Assembly (NCBI GenBank): GCA_965222615.1
Contig: CBDCUI010000007.1
Location: forward strand, 384,001 to 448,000
DNA: 64,000 nt
Direction: 5' to 3'
Source: Gammaproteobacteria bacterium
GTDB lineage: Bacteria; Pseudomonadota; Gammaproteobacteria; UBA4575
Of this stretch, positions 9,896 through 20,667 are shown in pieces. Made by a program: the position numbers and the translations under genes. The notes beneath the pieces were generated by a model. That model saw only the letters and a list, made by a program, of their open reading frames with translations. It made no database searches and had not been told where the DNA came from. Each line of letters begins with the position of its first letter. Position 1 is the stretch's first letter.

Positions 9896-10100
9896 TTTCC
9901 ACATTTTGTATTTCAGGTTGCTCGGCTTCATCAAGTGTCGACCAAAAGAAGTCATACCAATCCTCTTCTTCCGCTTCAAATGATCCCAGCATTTCTAAAA
10001 ATTCCTCATCAAGTTCTTCCGTATCATCTACAGTCTCGGCCCAAACTGACTGAAAAATATAAATAACACATAGCACCAAAACATAATTAAGTCGTAACAT
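9888..10100 (-). CDS. Small acidic exported protein of the ECF sigma cluster
   Basis: Hydrophobic N-terminus, LDEEFLEMLGSFE motif; overlaps both neighbours. Confidence 0.65.
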   Translation of the reverse strand: MLRLNYVLVLCVIYIFQSVWAETVDDTEELDEEFLEMLGSFEAEEEDWYDFFWSTLDEAEQPEIQNVENE

Positions 10101-10461
10101 CTTCGTCTGCTAGCCAAGTATAAAATTCCAACTCTTCGTACAAATCTAACGCATCTTGAGCGGCCATGAGTTCCATAGCTTCAAAGCTCTCTTCTTCAAT
10201 TACCCCTTGTTCATTTATGAGAGGCCATTGTGGCTTTACAACTAACACTGCAATAAACACCGTAAATGCAGTAGCTAAAATTGCCTTATTCCAATTTGAA
10301 GTAAAAAACGTTTTACGCTTTTGTTGTGCCAAAGCACGTTGACGTGCTGCATTGAGTTTATGACAGGTTTCTGCATCGAGGCGATCCACCGAATCATCTA
10401 AGGCTTTACTAATACGTGTAAGCAGTTCGCGCTCACTTGAATTTTGTTTGTCATTACTCAC
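10087..10461 (-). CDS. Putative anti-sigma factor (DUF3619-like)
   Basis: ALDDS...L..ARQRAL, single TM segment, C-terminal DLYEELEFYTWL; follows the ECF sigma gene. Confidence 0.8.
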   Translation of the reverse strand: MSNDKQNSSERELLTRISKALDDSVDRLDAETCHKLNAARQRALAQQKRKTFFTSNWNKAILATAFTVFIAVLVVKPQWPLINEQGVIEEESFEAMELMAAQDALDLYEELEFYTWLADEDVTT

Positions 10462-11021
10462 AATCGACCTTCTAAATGTTTGCGTAGATATTGAATTGCA
10501 CGAGAATAGTGAGTCTTAACACTGCCTTCAGAACATTGCATGACATGCGCAGTTTCTGCCACATCCATACCTTCCCAGGCACGCAATAAAAATGCCTGTC
10601 GTTGGCGCAATGAAAGCTGTTGTATTGCATCATTCACTTGTTCCACCGAGTCTTGTAAGTTTGACATGTCGACAGGATCCATATCATCGCCTGATAATTC
10701 CTGAATTGGGTCATTCCCCTCATCTGCTTCATTAACATTTGATAACCACACTCGCCAACGACTTTGCGTGGTATTTCTCCTATGCAAATCCATAATGCGA
10801 TTATTCAAAATTCGATAAAATAATGGTGCCCATTGCTCTGCTGGCTTATGTGCATATTTCTTTACTAATTGCATCATTGCATCCTGTACAACATCTAAAG
10901 CGTCCTCACGGTTCCTCGTCGACATTTCAGCGATGCGAAATGCACGACGCTCGATATTTACGAGAAACTCCTCAAGTTGCTGAGAATATGTTGTAGCCAA
11001 TCTGTCCTCACTGTGTAGCAA
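10458..11021 (-). CDS. ECF RNA polymerase sigma factor
   Basis: DALDVVQDAM region 2; LSLRQRQAFLLRAWEG..VAETA..M.CSEGSVKTHYSRA region 4. Confidence 0.93.
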   Translation of the reverse strand: MLHSEDRLATTYSQQLEEFLVNIERRAFRIAEMSTRNREDALDVVQDAMMQLVKKYAHKPAEQWAPLFYRILNNRIMDLHRRNTTQSRWRVWLSNVNEADEGNDPIQELSGDDMDPVDMSNLQDSVEQVNDAIQQLSLRQRQAFLLRAWEGMDVAETAHVMQCSEGSVKTHYSRAIQYLRKHLEGRL

Positions 11022-11399
11022 CTATAGAGTTTCATCCATTGCGCAGCCCAATATTAGACCTTAATGATTAGCGGCACTGATCCTTACAGCATATCTACCA
11101 ATCTTGGTAGTTGGGCGCACGCTATTTACGGCTTAAAATGCCTGCATACTCTAGATAGCGTTGCAGGTGAAATTTCGTTGACATATTTCTTTAAAATTTA
11201 AACGGTGATAGATACTTAATAAATTTAAGGTGATTTATTCACATTATTGGTTAAATTAACTTATTTTCTATGGGAATTGTTAGTTTGAATAAATATGACC
11301 CATTATTTCATTTATTTTCAATAGTTTAGTTTGGCAGCAATCAACCATTCATATGTTGGCACGAGTCTCGATTGTAAATATAAAGATGTACATGGCAGT

Positions 11400-11443
11400 T
11401 TATCCACAAAGTTATCCACAACTACTACCAGTTTTTATCCATA
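11400..11443 (+). promoter_or_regulatory. Cluster of DnaA boxes upstream of priA
   Basis: TTATCCACA at 11400-11408 and 11412-11420; near-match TTATCCATA at 11435-11443. Confidence 0.75.
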
Positions 11444-11512
11444 TATCATAGCCATACTTTGCCCCAGCTTATTTAAAACTATCCATTGTGTGCAATCACA
11501 AACTATTCTCGT

Positions 11513-13720
11513 ATGAATCCTACCGCTGTTCTCCATCTTGCCTTACCTATCCCACTGTATCAAAACTTTGAATACCTAGCCCCCAGCGGTCTAAACATAG
11601 GTGAAATCAAAATCGGTGTACGTGCTCGAGTTCAATTTGGTAAGCGTAAACTAATTGGTATTGTGGTGAATACACACCACTCCAGTAATTTACCTAAAGG
11701 CAAATTAAAAACGGTTATTGAAATACTCGATACCGAACCAGTTTTTGATACAAACTTGATCGAGTTGTTATTTTGGGCCGCTAACTATTATCAACAACCA
11801 CTTGGAGAAGTCCTCAGTACAGCCTTACCGAGTTCACTACGTAAAGGCAAATTCATTTCATTTGCAAACAAAACAATCTATCTGGTTTCAAACGATGCAA
11901 TCCCTCAAGATTCTTTAGCGCGCGCACCAAAACAAAAACTTGTAATCAAATTGCTACAGTCACATCGAAAAGGTCTAAGCAGCGACGAGCTAGCACAACA
12001 TATCTCTAACTGGAGGCCTACAGTTAATGCTTTAATAAAAAAAGGACTTGTCAAGAAAATTAAAAGAGAAACCCAATATATAGAAAAAAAATCTTGTCCA
12101 TCTATAGCAGACATCCAGCTTAATAAAGAGCAACAGCATGTATACACACAGTTACAAGATAAATTAAGTGAATTCAATACTCACTTACTTGCGGGAGTTA
12201 CTGGTAGTGGCAAGACCGAAGTTTATATCGCCTTAGCCAAAAAAATTATTTCTAACAACAAACAAGTTCTAATTTTAGTGCCAGAAATAGGGCTGACTCA
12301 GCAACTTGTTAAACGTATAGAAGCACGACTCAATACTCATGTTGCCTTAGTGCATTCTGGGTTAAATGAATCTGAACGCGCTCAAGCATGGTTGTCCGCA
12401 AAAACTGGTAAAGCGAAAATTATAGTAGGTACACGTTCTGCGATTTTCTTAGCCTTTTACAATCTCGGTTTTATCGTTGTCGATGAAGAACACGATTTAT
12501 CGTTCAAACAACAAGAAGGTTTTTTGTATCATGCTCGTGATATCGCCATCTACAGAGCCAAACAGCTTGGGATTCCTATTGTACTTGGTACCGCTACTCC
12601 GTCATTTGAAACGCAGCTCAATGTCAAACTTGGACGCTATAAAAAGCATGTACTGAGTAAACGCGCAAAGGAAATGCAGATCCCGCAGATTAAGCTGATT
12701 GACCTGCGCACGAACCCAATAAGTGACGGCTTATCAAATGAACTTATTAATGCTATGCAAGTGGAACTTGACCATCAGCATCAAGTATTGCTGTTTTTGA
12801 ATCGACGCGGGTATGCACCCACCATACTTTGCCAAGGTTGTGGATGGGTAGCCAAGTGTTCGCGTTGTGACGCGCGCATGACATTCTATAAAAAAAGCAA
12901 TTCTATGAAATGTCATTATTGTCAAAAAGAAAAGAGCGCACCAAACACCTGCCCAGAATGCGATGCCGATAAGCTTATTTGCTTAGGAGAAGGTACACAA
13001 CGGATCGAAAAAAAATTACAAGAAATTTTTCCTGAAACTGCTATCACTCGATTAGACCGTGATAGCACTCGCAAGAAAAATGAGCTGCAAAACAAATTGC
13101 ATGCAATTCACAGTGGTAAATACCAAATCATTATAGGCACCCAAATGCTCTCTAAAGGACACGATTTTCCCGGTGTTACTTTAGTTGGAATTCTGAATGT
13201 CGATCAAGGTTTACATAGTACGGATTTTCGTGCCACAGAAAGACTTGCACAATTAATTACTCAAGTTGCAGGTCGTGCCGGTCGTAGTAAAAATCAAGGC
13301 AAAGTACTGCTGCAGACCTATCACCCTGAACACCCGTTACTCAATTGTTTATTATCGCGTGGTTATGAGGCTTTTTCTGATGAAGCGTTAAAAATTCGCA
13401 AACGCTGCATATTACCGCCCTATGCCCATATGGTATTAGTACGTGCGCGTGCTCATAAACAAGAATCGGCACAGCGATTTTTACAGACTATAAAAAATTC
13501 TATACTCTCAAAAACGGCTTCAAAATTGAATATATTAGGCCCTATCCCAGCCCTGATTGAACGTAAGGCAGGTATGTATCAAAGTCAGCTGATCATAATT
13601 TCAAGAAATCGTAAAGCTATTCAGCAACATTTAGATAAATGGACTCAGCAAATTCAACAATTGATGCTTGCCAAACGCGTACGTTGGAATATTGAAGTAG
13701 ATCCACTTGAGATGGAATGA
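11513..13720 (+). CDS. priA: Primosomal protein N' (replication restart helicase)
   Basis: GVTGSGKTEVY, VDEEHD, Cys-rich Zn region, QVAGRAGR; ATG 11513 preferred. Confidence 0.97.
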   Translation: MNPTAVLHLALPIPLYQNFEYLAPSGLNIGEIKIGVRARVQFGKRKLIGIVVNTHHSSNLPKGKLKTVIEILDTEPVFDTNLIELLFWAANYYQQPLGEVLSTALPSSLRKGKFISFANKTIYLVSNDAIPQDSLARAPKQKLVIKLLQSHRKGLSSDELAQHISNWRPTVNALIKKGLVKKIKRETQYIEKKSCPSIADIQLNKEQQHVYTQLQDKLSEFNTHLLAGVTGSGKTEVYIALAKKIISNNKQVLILVPEIGLTQQLVKRIEARLNTHVALVHSGLNESERAQAWLSAKTGKAKIIVGTRSAIFLAFYNLGFIVVDEEHDLSFKQQEGFLYHARDIAIYRAKQLGIPIVLGTATPSFETQLNVKLGRYKKHVLSKRAKEMQIPQIKLIDLRTNPISDGLSNELINAMQVELDHQHQVLLFLNRRGYAPTILCQGCGWVAKCSRCDARMTFYKKSNSMKCHYCQKEKSAPNTCPECDADKLICLGEGTQRIEKKLQEIFPETAITRLDRDSTRKKNELQNKLHAIHSGKYQIIIGTQMLSKGHDFPGVTLVGILNVDQGLHSTDFRATERLAQLITQVAGRAGRSKNQGKVLLQTYHPEHPLLNCLLSRGYEAFSDEALKIRKRCILPPYAHMVLVRARAHKQESAQRFLQTIKNSILSKTASKLNILGPIPALIERKAGMYQSQLIIISRNRKAIQQHLDKWTQQIQQLMLAKRVRWNIEVDPLEME

Positions 13721-13822
13721 CGGCATTCTGTATAAACCCAATGCTTATATTTATTTAATTAAACTCTGACAGAGCAGAACTTTCTCAAGTACAATGCAAC
13801 GCCTTTGTACACGACAAAACTT

Positions 13823-15577
13823 ATGCAATCACTAATCTCCAAACTGCTAAGCGACGCGATATCTAGTTTACAAACTACTAGTGATCTACCTAAAGATATC
13901 GATGTAAATATTCAAGTAACTCGCAGCAAAAACAATGTACATGGAGATTTTGCCAGTAATATTGCTTTGCTACTTGCTAAACCGACAAAAATACCGGCTC
14001 GTGAACTCGCGAAAAAAATCCTGCAACAGATCCCTGAAGAAGACACAGTAGATAAAATTGAAATAGCCGGACCAGGATTTCTTAATTTTTATTTACGTTC
14101 AGAGCATCAGTCAGAGGTGCTAAATGAGATCCTCGAAAAACAAGATAAATTTGGACACTCTGAAAAATATAGCGGCAAAAAAGTACAGCTTGAATTTGTG
14201 TCTGCCAACCCTACCGGACCTCTACATGTAGGTCATGGCCGCGGCGCTGCTTACGGAGCAACCATCGCCAATTTACTGCAAGCGGTGGGATACGAGGTTT
14301 ACCGTGAATACTATGTAAACGATGCAGGGCGCCAAATGGATATCCTTACGACATCGGTATGGTTACGTTATTTAGAGCTATGTGGTGAAGAATTCGATTT
14401 TCCAAGCAATGCCTATCAAGGTGATTATATTTGGGATATCGCGGCTTCTTTACATCGGGAACATGCTAATAAATACGCTCATGCCACACAGGATTGGATC
14501 TTTGACCTGCCTCCTGATGAGCCGCAGGGTGGTGATAAAGAAACTTATATAGATGAAGTTATTAAAAAAACAAAAACATTACTTGAAACAGAAGGCTATG
14601 AGATTTTTTCCAAACGCGCGTTGGATACAATTAAGGAAGACATCAAAGATGACCTAGAACTCTTTGGAGTCCAATATGATAACTGGTTCTCTGAGCAGTC
14701 ACTAATAACAAAGCATAAACATCAAGAAGCATTAACCATGCTTAGAAAAAATGGTTACGTAGAAATAAAAGATGGTGCTCATTGGTTTCTCAGCACACAA
14801 TTTGGTGATGAAAAAGATCGTGTATTAGTGCGCGAAAATGGTACGCATACTTACTTTCTCGCTGACATTGCTTATCACCTTGATAAATACGAGCGCGGCT
14901 TTGATCGCTTGATTAACATTTGGGGTGCGGACCATCATGGTTACGTAACACGTGTAAAAGCAGCCGTTGAGGCACTTAGTAAAGATCCGAATCGTTTGCA
15001 TATATTGCTGGTACAATTTGCAAACTTATATGAAGGTGGTAAAAAACTCGCGATGTCTACGCGTTCGGGCGAATTTGTCACGTTACGGCAATTACGTAAA
15101 CAAGTAGGCAAAGATGCGGCACGCTTTTTTTATGTAATGCGTAAATGTGAACAACATTTAGATTTTGACTTGGACTTAGCGGCCTCACAGTCACAAGATA
15201 ACCCTGTCTATTATCTGCAATATGCACATGCAAGGATATGCAGTATATTTGAAAAATCAAGAATGGATTGTCAACAAAGTGAAATTATCGATGCAGATTC
15301 TGCATTACTCGTTCAAGAGCAAGAAAAGGATTTGACCAAACTTCTAGATCAATTTCCTGAAAAAGTTATATTGGCTGCTGAGCAGCTGTCTCCTCATATT
15401 GTAGTGAATTATCTACGTGATGTTGCAAATTCCTTTCATAGTTTTTATAACGCTCATCAGGTGCTCGTTGATAATTCTGCGTTAAAATATGCGCGCTTGA
15501 AATTAATTCGAGCAACGCAGATCGTGTTAAAGAATGGCTTAGCTTTACTTGACGTGAGTGCACCTCAACACATGTAG
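13823..15577 (+). CDS. argS: Arginyl-tRNA synthetase
   Basis: HGDFASN, AGPGFLNF, EFVSANPTGPLHVGHGRG, MSTRSG and YLQYAHAR. Confidence 0.97.
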   Translation: MQSLISKLLSDAISSLQTTSDLPKDIDVNIQVTRSKNNVHGDFASNIALLLAKPTKIPARELAKKILQQIPEEDTVDKIEIAGPGFLNFYLRSEHQSEVLNEILEKQDKFGHSEKYSGKKVQLEFVSANPTGPLHVGHGRGAAYGATIANLLQAVGYEVYREYYVNDAGRQMDILTTSVWLRYLELCGEEFDFPSNAYQGDYIWDIAASLHREHANKYAHATQDWIFDLPPDEPQGGDKETYIDEVIKKTKTLLETEGYEIFSKRALDTIKEDIKDDLELFGVQYDNWFSEQSLITKHKHQEALTMLRKNGYVEIKDGAHWFLSTQFGDEKDRVLVRENGTHTYFLADIAYHLDKYERGFDRLINIWGADHHGYVTRVKAAVEALSKDPNRLHILLVQFANLYEGGKKLAMSTRSGEFVTLRQLRKQVGKDAARFFYVMRKCEQHLDFDLDLAASQSQDNPVYYLQYAHARICSIFEKSRMDCQQSEIIDADSALLVQEQEKDLTKLLDQFPEKVILAAEQLSPHIVVNYLRDVANSFHSFYNAHQVLVDNSALKYARLKLIRATQIVLKNGLALLDVSAPQHM

Positions 15578-15631
15578 AAGTTCAATGTACCAGGGATATA
15601 CAAACTTTAACTATGGTTTAATTAAATAAAT

Positions 15632-16171
15632 ATGGCACGTAGAAAAAGAAGATCTTCCTCTAAACCTTCAAGCATCCTACCCGCTTGGATTTGGTTAACA
15701 TTTGGAATTCTAATTGGCCTCGGAATTGCTATGTTGACACGTATAAACGGCCGGTATATTGATACTGTGCAACCTGATACTACACAACAACAAGCTACAA
15801 CACAGAATACAGAGCAAACTAAAAAACCCAAATTTGACTTTTATACCCTGTTACCTGAACTAGAGGTTGTAATACCTGATGATGAAAAACAACCTTTACA
15901 AAAAAAGCCTCCTGCGAATAAACCAGCAGATTACAAAGGTGGCTTCTTGCTACAAGCAGGCTCTTTTCAACAATTTAACGAAGCCGATAGTTTAAAGGCT
16001 CGCTTAGCTTTACTTGGTGTTGAAGCCCATATCCAATCAGTGGAAGTCAACAATTCAAAATGGCATAGAGTGCGAATTGGCCCTTCAAATGATCGACAAG
16101 CCTTAGAACAACTGCGCAATCGACTACGCCAAAACCACATTGATACTTTGTTGATGCAAGCTAAGGAGTAG
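15632..16171 (+). CDS. SPOR-domain cell division protein (FtsN-like)
   Basis: TM segment, KFDFYTLLPE, LQAGSF...WHRVRIGP; follows argS. Confidence 0.85.
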   Translation: MARRKRRSSSKPSSILPAWIWLTFGILIGLGIAMLTRINGRYIDTVQPDTTQQQATTQNTEQTKKPKFDFYTLLPELEVVIPDDEKQPLQKKPPANKPADYKGGFLLQAGSFQQFNEADSLKARLALLGVEAHIQSVEVNNSKWHRVRIGPSNDRQALEQLRNRLRQNHIDTLLMQAKE

Positions 16172-16211
16172 CTATGTTATTGCTTAGCTTACCAGCCAAT
16201 TAGCAAGGAAT

Positions 16212-18026
16212 TTAAACAGATAAAGATTCATACATCGCATCGATATCTGCTGCAAACTGCTTTAAAAGTTGTGGTCGTTTAGTTTTCAGTGTTGGCGTCA
16301 ATAAACCATTTTCGATGGACCAAGGCTCTAAATACAAAGCTGCTCGTCTAATTTGCGCATAACCAGGAAACTCTTTCAAGCAACCTGCTAAACGTTTTAA
16401 AACCGTTTTATGTGCTTTTGAAGACGTGAGACTCTCTGGATTTTTAGTATCTAGATTCAAATCTTGAGCAAGACCTCGCCACTCTACCTCATTTAATACT
16501 AATAATGCCGATAAAAATGGTTTACCTTCACCTAACACCATGGCTTGATCAAATAATGGATCTGCACAAATCGCTGTTTCCATGTCTTGCGGCGGGACTT
16601 TTTCAGCGCTTGCTAAAACGATAATGTCTTTGATACGCCCTGTTATATATAGATAACCCTCTTTGCTTATTTCGGCAATATCTCCAGTATGCAGCCAACC
16701 ATCAGTATCTAAAATTTCTTCCGTGGCTTGCACATTTTTATAATACCCCATCATTACGCTATCGCTGCGAGTACAAAGCTCGCCTTGCTCAGTAATTTTC
16801 ACTTCTACACCAGGCAAAGATTTTCCAATACTAAAAGGATCATTATCCTCAGGACGACCGACACTAATGACCGGGCTACATTCCGTCATTCCATAGCCTT
16901 GATATAGCGGCACGCCAAGGCTGATAAAAAATTTTGCAATGGTTTTACTTAGTGCTGCACCTCCAGCGATCGCATAGCGCAACCTCCCACCTAACTTTTG
17001 CATAATTTTTTTGGCCACTAATTGATTAAACAACGACCAACTCAGTATGCTCCAATGCCAACCAACCAACCCTTTTGAATATTCAAATCGACGCCAGCCA
17101 ACTTTCAGAGCTAATGAAAATATTTTTTGCTTAACCGCAGATTGTTGCTGCAACGAGCTAAGTACCTTTGCATAGATCATTTCGTAAATTCGTGGCACGG
17201 ATACAAATATTGTTGGACGAACTATTTGAATATCATCTGCTAATTGCTGTATTGAACGAGAGTAAAAGACTTGTGCATTGGCCATTATTGGTAAAAAGCA
17301 GCCCGCGGTTCTTTCCAAGGTGTGTGAAAGCGGTAAAAAAGATAAAAATACATCCTGTTCATAGAATTCTCCACACTGCAATGCCGCATAGGCGTTGCTG
17401 AGAATATTTTTGTGGCTAAGCATTACTCCTTTGGGACGACCCGTTGTCCCTGAAGTATAGACAATAGTGGCAAGTTCATTGGTATCCGTTGAAGTGATTT
17501 GAAAGTCATTAGGCTTATCATCGTTAAGCCAATTTTGCATAGAAACAACCTGCTTATCTGATTCGCCTTTTTGGTCTATTTCCTCAACACTTATAATACG
17601 TTGCAGTGAGTTTTTAATAGACTCGACTTCTGACAATTGCCGCCATTGTCGTTGATTCTGCAGCAACAGAAATTTAACACCGGCATCTTTTATAACAAAA
17701 GCTACATTGTCGGCTCTATCATTGGTGTAAAGTGGTACAGTAACTAGGCCTAAACCTAAAGCCGCAATATCAAATATGACCCACTCGGGACAATTGCGCA
17801 GCATAATGGCAACACGATCTCCTTTTTCAATTTGCTCATTTTGTAATGCAGCTTGTATATGTGCCACTTGCTGTAATACTTGTTGCCAGGTTAATTCTTG
17901 CCAATTTTTTTTTTCATCGTCATAGTAACCGTATGCTTTGGATGCAGGAGAACGTGCTGCACGTTCTTTAAACAAACCTGGCAAAGTTTGTGCAGTTTCT
18001 GGTGTAATGTAATCCGTAACGCCCAT
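16212..18026 (-). CDS. Long-chain fatty acid-CoA ligase
   Basis: YTSGTTGRPKGVMLSH, QGYGMTE, GWLHTGD and LTPTLK. Confidence 0.93.
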   Translation of the reverse strand: MGVTDYITPETAQTLPGLFKERAARSPASKAYGYYDDEKKNWQELTWQQVLQQVAHIQAALQNEQIEKGDRVAIMLRNCPEWVIFDIAALGLGLVTVPLYTNDRADNVAFVIKDAGVKFLLLQNQRQWRQLSEVESIKNSLQRIISVEEIDQKGESDKQVVSMQNWLNDDKPNDFQITSTDTNELATIVYTSGTTGRPKGVMLSHKNILSNAYAALQCGEFYEQDVFLSFLPLSHTLERTAGCFLPIMANAQVFYSRSIQQLADDIQIVRPTIFVSVPRIYEMIYAKVLSSLQQQSAVKQKIFSLALKVGWRRFEYSKGLVGWHWSILSWSLFNQLVAKKIMQKLGGRLRYAIAGGAALSKTIAKFFISLGVPLYQGYGMTECSPVISVGRPEDNDPFSIGKSLPGVEVKITEQGELCTRSDSVMMGYYKNVQATEEILDTDGWLHTGDIAEISKEGYLYITGRIKDIIVLASAEKVPPQDMETAICADPLFDQAMVLGEGKPFLSALLVLNEVEWRGLAQDLNLDTKNPESLTSSKAHKTVLKRLAGCLKEFPGYAQIRRAALYLEPWSIENGLLTPTLKTKRPQLLKQFAADIDAMYESLSV

Positions 18027-18194
18027 TGTTTATCAATATAGACCTATTAAACCCATATCAATACGATATTATTTTTATTTATACTCCTCTAGAGACATAC
18101 TGTAAATTAATCAAATCCTTTATGTTTTGGGGTTGATTTAAACCTATTTCGCCCTTATATATAAAAGATAAGCACATTATTATCACAATTTAAC

Positions 18195-19256
18195 ATGTCA
18201 GATACTTCTTCAGAATTTGCAGTCCCCCTAAAAGGCATTCCGGAAACTGCGGTTATTCAATCGAGCCTGCCAGTTTTTACTGCACAACAGAGAGAAGAAA
18301 AAATTGCGAATATTAAACGTCTACTAAAACAAGAAGACGCAGTATTAGTCGCCCATTATTATACTAATGAAGATTTACAAATGATTGCTGAAGAAACTGG
18401 AGGATATGTTTCTGATTCCTTGGAAATGGCACGTTTTGGTAATCGTCATCCTGCTACGACTCTAATTGTCGCGGGTGTGCGTTTCATGGGAGAAACAGCA
18501 AAAATATTAAACCCTGAAAAACGCGTTTTAATGCCAACTTTAGAAGCTACCTGTTCCCTTGACTTGGGTTGCCCAGCAAAAGAGTTCAGTGAATTTTGTG
18601 ATCAATACCCTGATCACGAAGTAGTTGTGTATGCGAATACAAGTGCCGAAGTCAAAGCGCGTGCAGATTGGGTTGTCACCTCAAGTATTGCAGTCAAAGT
18701 TGTTTCCCATTTAATGGATCAGGATAAAAAAGTGCTTTGGGCACCGGATAAACACTTGGGTCGGTATATCGAAAAAGTTATTGGTGCAGACATGGTGTTA
18801 TGGCAAGGCGCCTGTATTGTGCATGAAGAATTTAAGGCACGTGCACTAGGTGATTTAATGGAACAACATCCTGATGCCGGGATTCTTGTTCACCCAGAAT
18901 CTCCCGCTGCGGTGATCGATGTTGCCGACGTCGTAGGATCAACTACTGCACTTATTAATGCTGCTAAAGAACTACCACATAAAAAGTTTATTGTAGCAAC
19001 CGATAACCGTATTTTTTATAAAATGAAAAAAGAAGCGCCTGACAAAGAATTCATTGAAGCACCTACTGCAGGAGAAGGCGCTACTTGTAAAAGTTGTGCC
19101 CACTGCCCCTGGATGGCCATGAATGGTTTACATAATCTGGAGGCGGTACTGATGTCCGCTCCTGAATCAAGCAAAAATGAGATATTTGTAGACGAAGAAA
19201 TCCGTAAAAAAGCCTTTCGCTCGACCAGTCGAATGCTTGACTTTGTCGCCCATTAA
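18195..19256 (+). CDS. nadA: Quinolinate synthase A
   Basis: [27 protein letters not shown] and [10 protein letters not shown]. Confidence 0.97.
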   Translation: MSDTSSEFAVPLKGIPETAVIQSSLPVFTAQQREEKIANIKRLLKQEDAVLVAHYYTNEDLQMIAEETGGYVSDSLEMARFGNRHPATTLIVAGVRFMGETAKILNPEKRVLMPTLEATCSLDLGCPAKEFSEFCDQYPDHEVVVYANTSAEVKARADWVVTSSIAVKVVSHLMDQDKKVLWAPDKHLGRYIEKVIGADMVLWQGACIVHEEFKARALGDLMEQHPDAGILVHPESPAAVIDVADVVGSTTALINAAKELPHKKFIVATDNRIFYKMKKEAPDKEFIEAPTAGEGATCKSCAHCPWMAMNGLHNLEAVLMSAPESSKNEIFVDEEIRKKAFRSTSRMLDFVAH

Positions 19257-19335
19257 TCCTGTAACCTAGCCTTTTAACGACTGAACCTATAGTTTCGTCG
19301 CCCCTTCGTGCCTTTTGTGCACTAGACCCTAAACT

Positions 19336-19355
19336 TTCACGCAAAATTCACGCAA
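19336..19355. promoter_or_regulatory. Direct repeat with 11-bp period, possible response-regulator site
   Basis: TTCACGCAA-aa-TTCACGCAA about 60 bp upstream of the 19413 ORF. Confidence 0.35.
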
Positions 19356-19412
19356 GATCAGGGATTAAGAGTGGGTATAAAGCTGGAGTACCCCTTGCCT
19401 GCATAATAAATT

Positions 19413-20609
19413 ATGAGCACACAAGTAAATACTGATATTCAAGCACCTTTGTCATTGCAGCAGTTTTTAAAACTACTGCAGACACTGCCGCCTGCCCGTA
19501 TTTCTGAATTACCAATTGAACAACTACCGAATAATATTCCTGCTGATATCAGTGAAAAAATACCGATTGCATCACGCAGTGCTGTTGATGACTTAATCAT
19601 GGCGGCCAATTCTTTTCACCTCAAACGTCGCATGCGCGACCAAGAAACTTATGGTGACCAAATTGTTGCAGCCTTAGACAAAGCCAAAGTAACAACAGGA
19701 TCCGCAAATTTACGAGTATTTAAAAATAAAATTCTTCTGCTTGTGGAGATGCTACAAGCTGCTCAGCGCGGTACAAAAAAGATTGGCAACAATACATTTG
19801 TGAAGCATATTGGAGCGATTAATAACTTATTAATTGATGTAAGAAGCGAAATGATTAATCTGCACGAAAGCCTACATGCGCTTGAAAGTGTTAAAACCAT
19901 AAATGATGAAGACAAAAAGCGCTTTGAATCATCAATATCTTTATTGCGAAAACAAACAATTTCAATAAATAAAATACTAAGTGAATACTATATTTTACGC
20001 TTAAAAGTGCTTGCACGTGCTATCCACCAAAAACGCAAGCTTATAGAAACGCGCGAGGAAACTATTCAAACAAAACAACAACAACTAGATATGCTACGTG
20101 CCGACCTACAAGAAGCACAGTCTTTATGGAAGCGTACGATGAAACGCAAACAAACTAAGGACGAAACCAAGGAAGTTCAGCAACGCATTTATGACCTAGT
20201 TAATGAAATCAAAGCAAGTGAAGTAGTAATTGCTGAAAGCGATCTAATTCTGTGGTTAGACGCTATTGTAGAGGCGAGCTTGAATGAAGAATCAAAGCAG
20301 CGTGTAGCAAAGTCTTTACGACAAGCACGCATATCATTATATTATTTATTAAACAAATTCTGTGCTTCCCAAGAAGCTTCGGCTTTGCAAATTGCACAAA
20401 ATCCCTTTATACAAGTTGACCCAGAGAAGGCGATTAAATTTGTTCTAATGTCAGAACAGTTCATTTTAAATTACTTTACTAAGAAGAAAAATACTGCTAC
20501 TGCTTGGTTGAGTGGTGCAGCAGAAACTAAAATAGCAGAACTCGATCAGCTGCAAAAAGATATATTGGTGGAGTTGCGACGTGCTAGCAAGTCCATGTTC
20601 AAACTCTAA
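19413..20609 (+). CDS. Hypothetical cytoplasmic alpha-helical / coiled-coil protein
   Basis: 398-aa open frame, heptad-rich middle, no recognisable motif. Confidence 0.75.
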   Translation: MSTQVNTDIQAPLSLQQFLKLLQTLPPARISELPIEQLPNNIPADISEKIPIASRSAVDDLIMAANSFHLKRRMRDQETYGDQIVAALDKAKVTTGSANLRVFKNKILLLVEMLQAAQRGTKKIGNNTFVKHIGAINNLLIDVRSEMINLHESLHALESVKTINDEDKKRFESSISLLRKQTISINKILSEYYILRLKVLARAIHQKRKLIETREETIQTKQQQLDMLRADLQEAQSLWKRTMKRKQTKDETKEVQQRIYDLVNEIKASEVVIAESDLILWLDAIVEASLNEESKQRVAKSLRQARISLYYLLNKFCASQEASALQIAQNPFIQVDPEKAIKFVLMSEQFILNYFTKKKNTATAWLSGAAETKIAELDQLQKDILVELRRASKSMFKL

Positions 20610-20610
20610 A

Positions 20611-20656
20611 AAGCTCTGATTTATTCTAACCTATCGCTAAGCAAGCAGAACTTCCC
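20611..20656 (-). repeat. Internally deleted copy of the palindromic repeat family
   Basis: AAGCTCTGATTTATTCT ... AAGCAGAACTTCCC between convergent genes. Confidence 0.6.
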
Positions 20657-20667
20657 TATACTGTTTT

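Noticed and set aside
11357-11373. sigma54 promoter (TTGGCACG)
   Set aside because: The -12 position reads TCGA rather than TTGC
11180-11460. oriC
   Set aside because: Only two perfect and one near DnaA box, no GATC cluster, and no dnaA/gidA neighbourhood in the window
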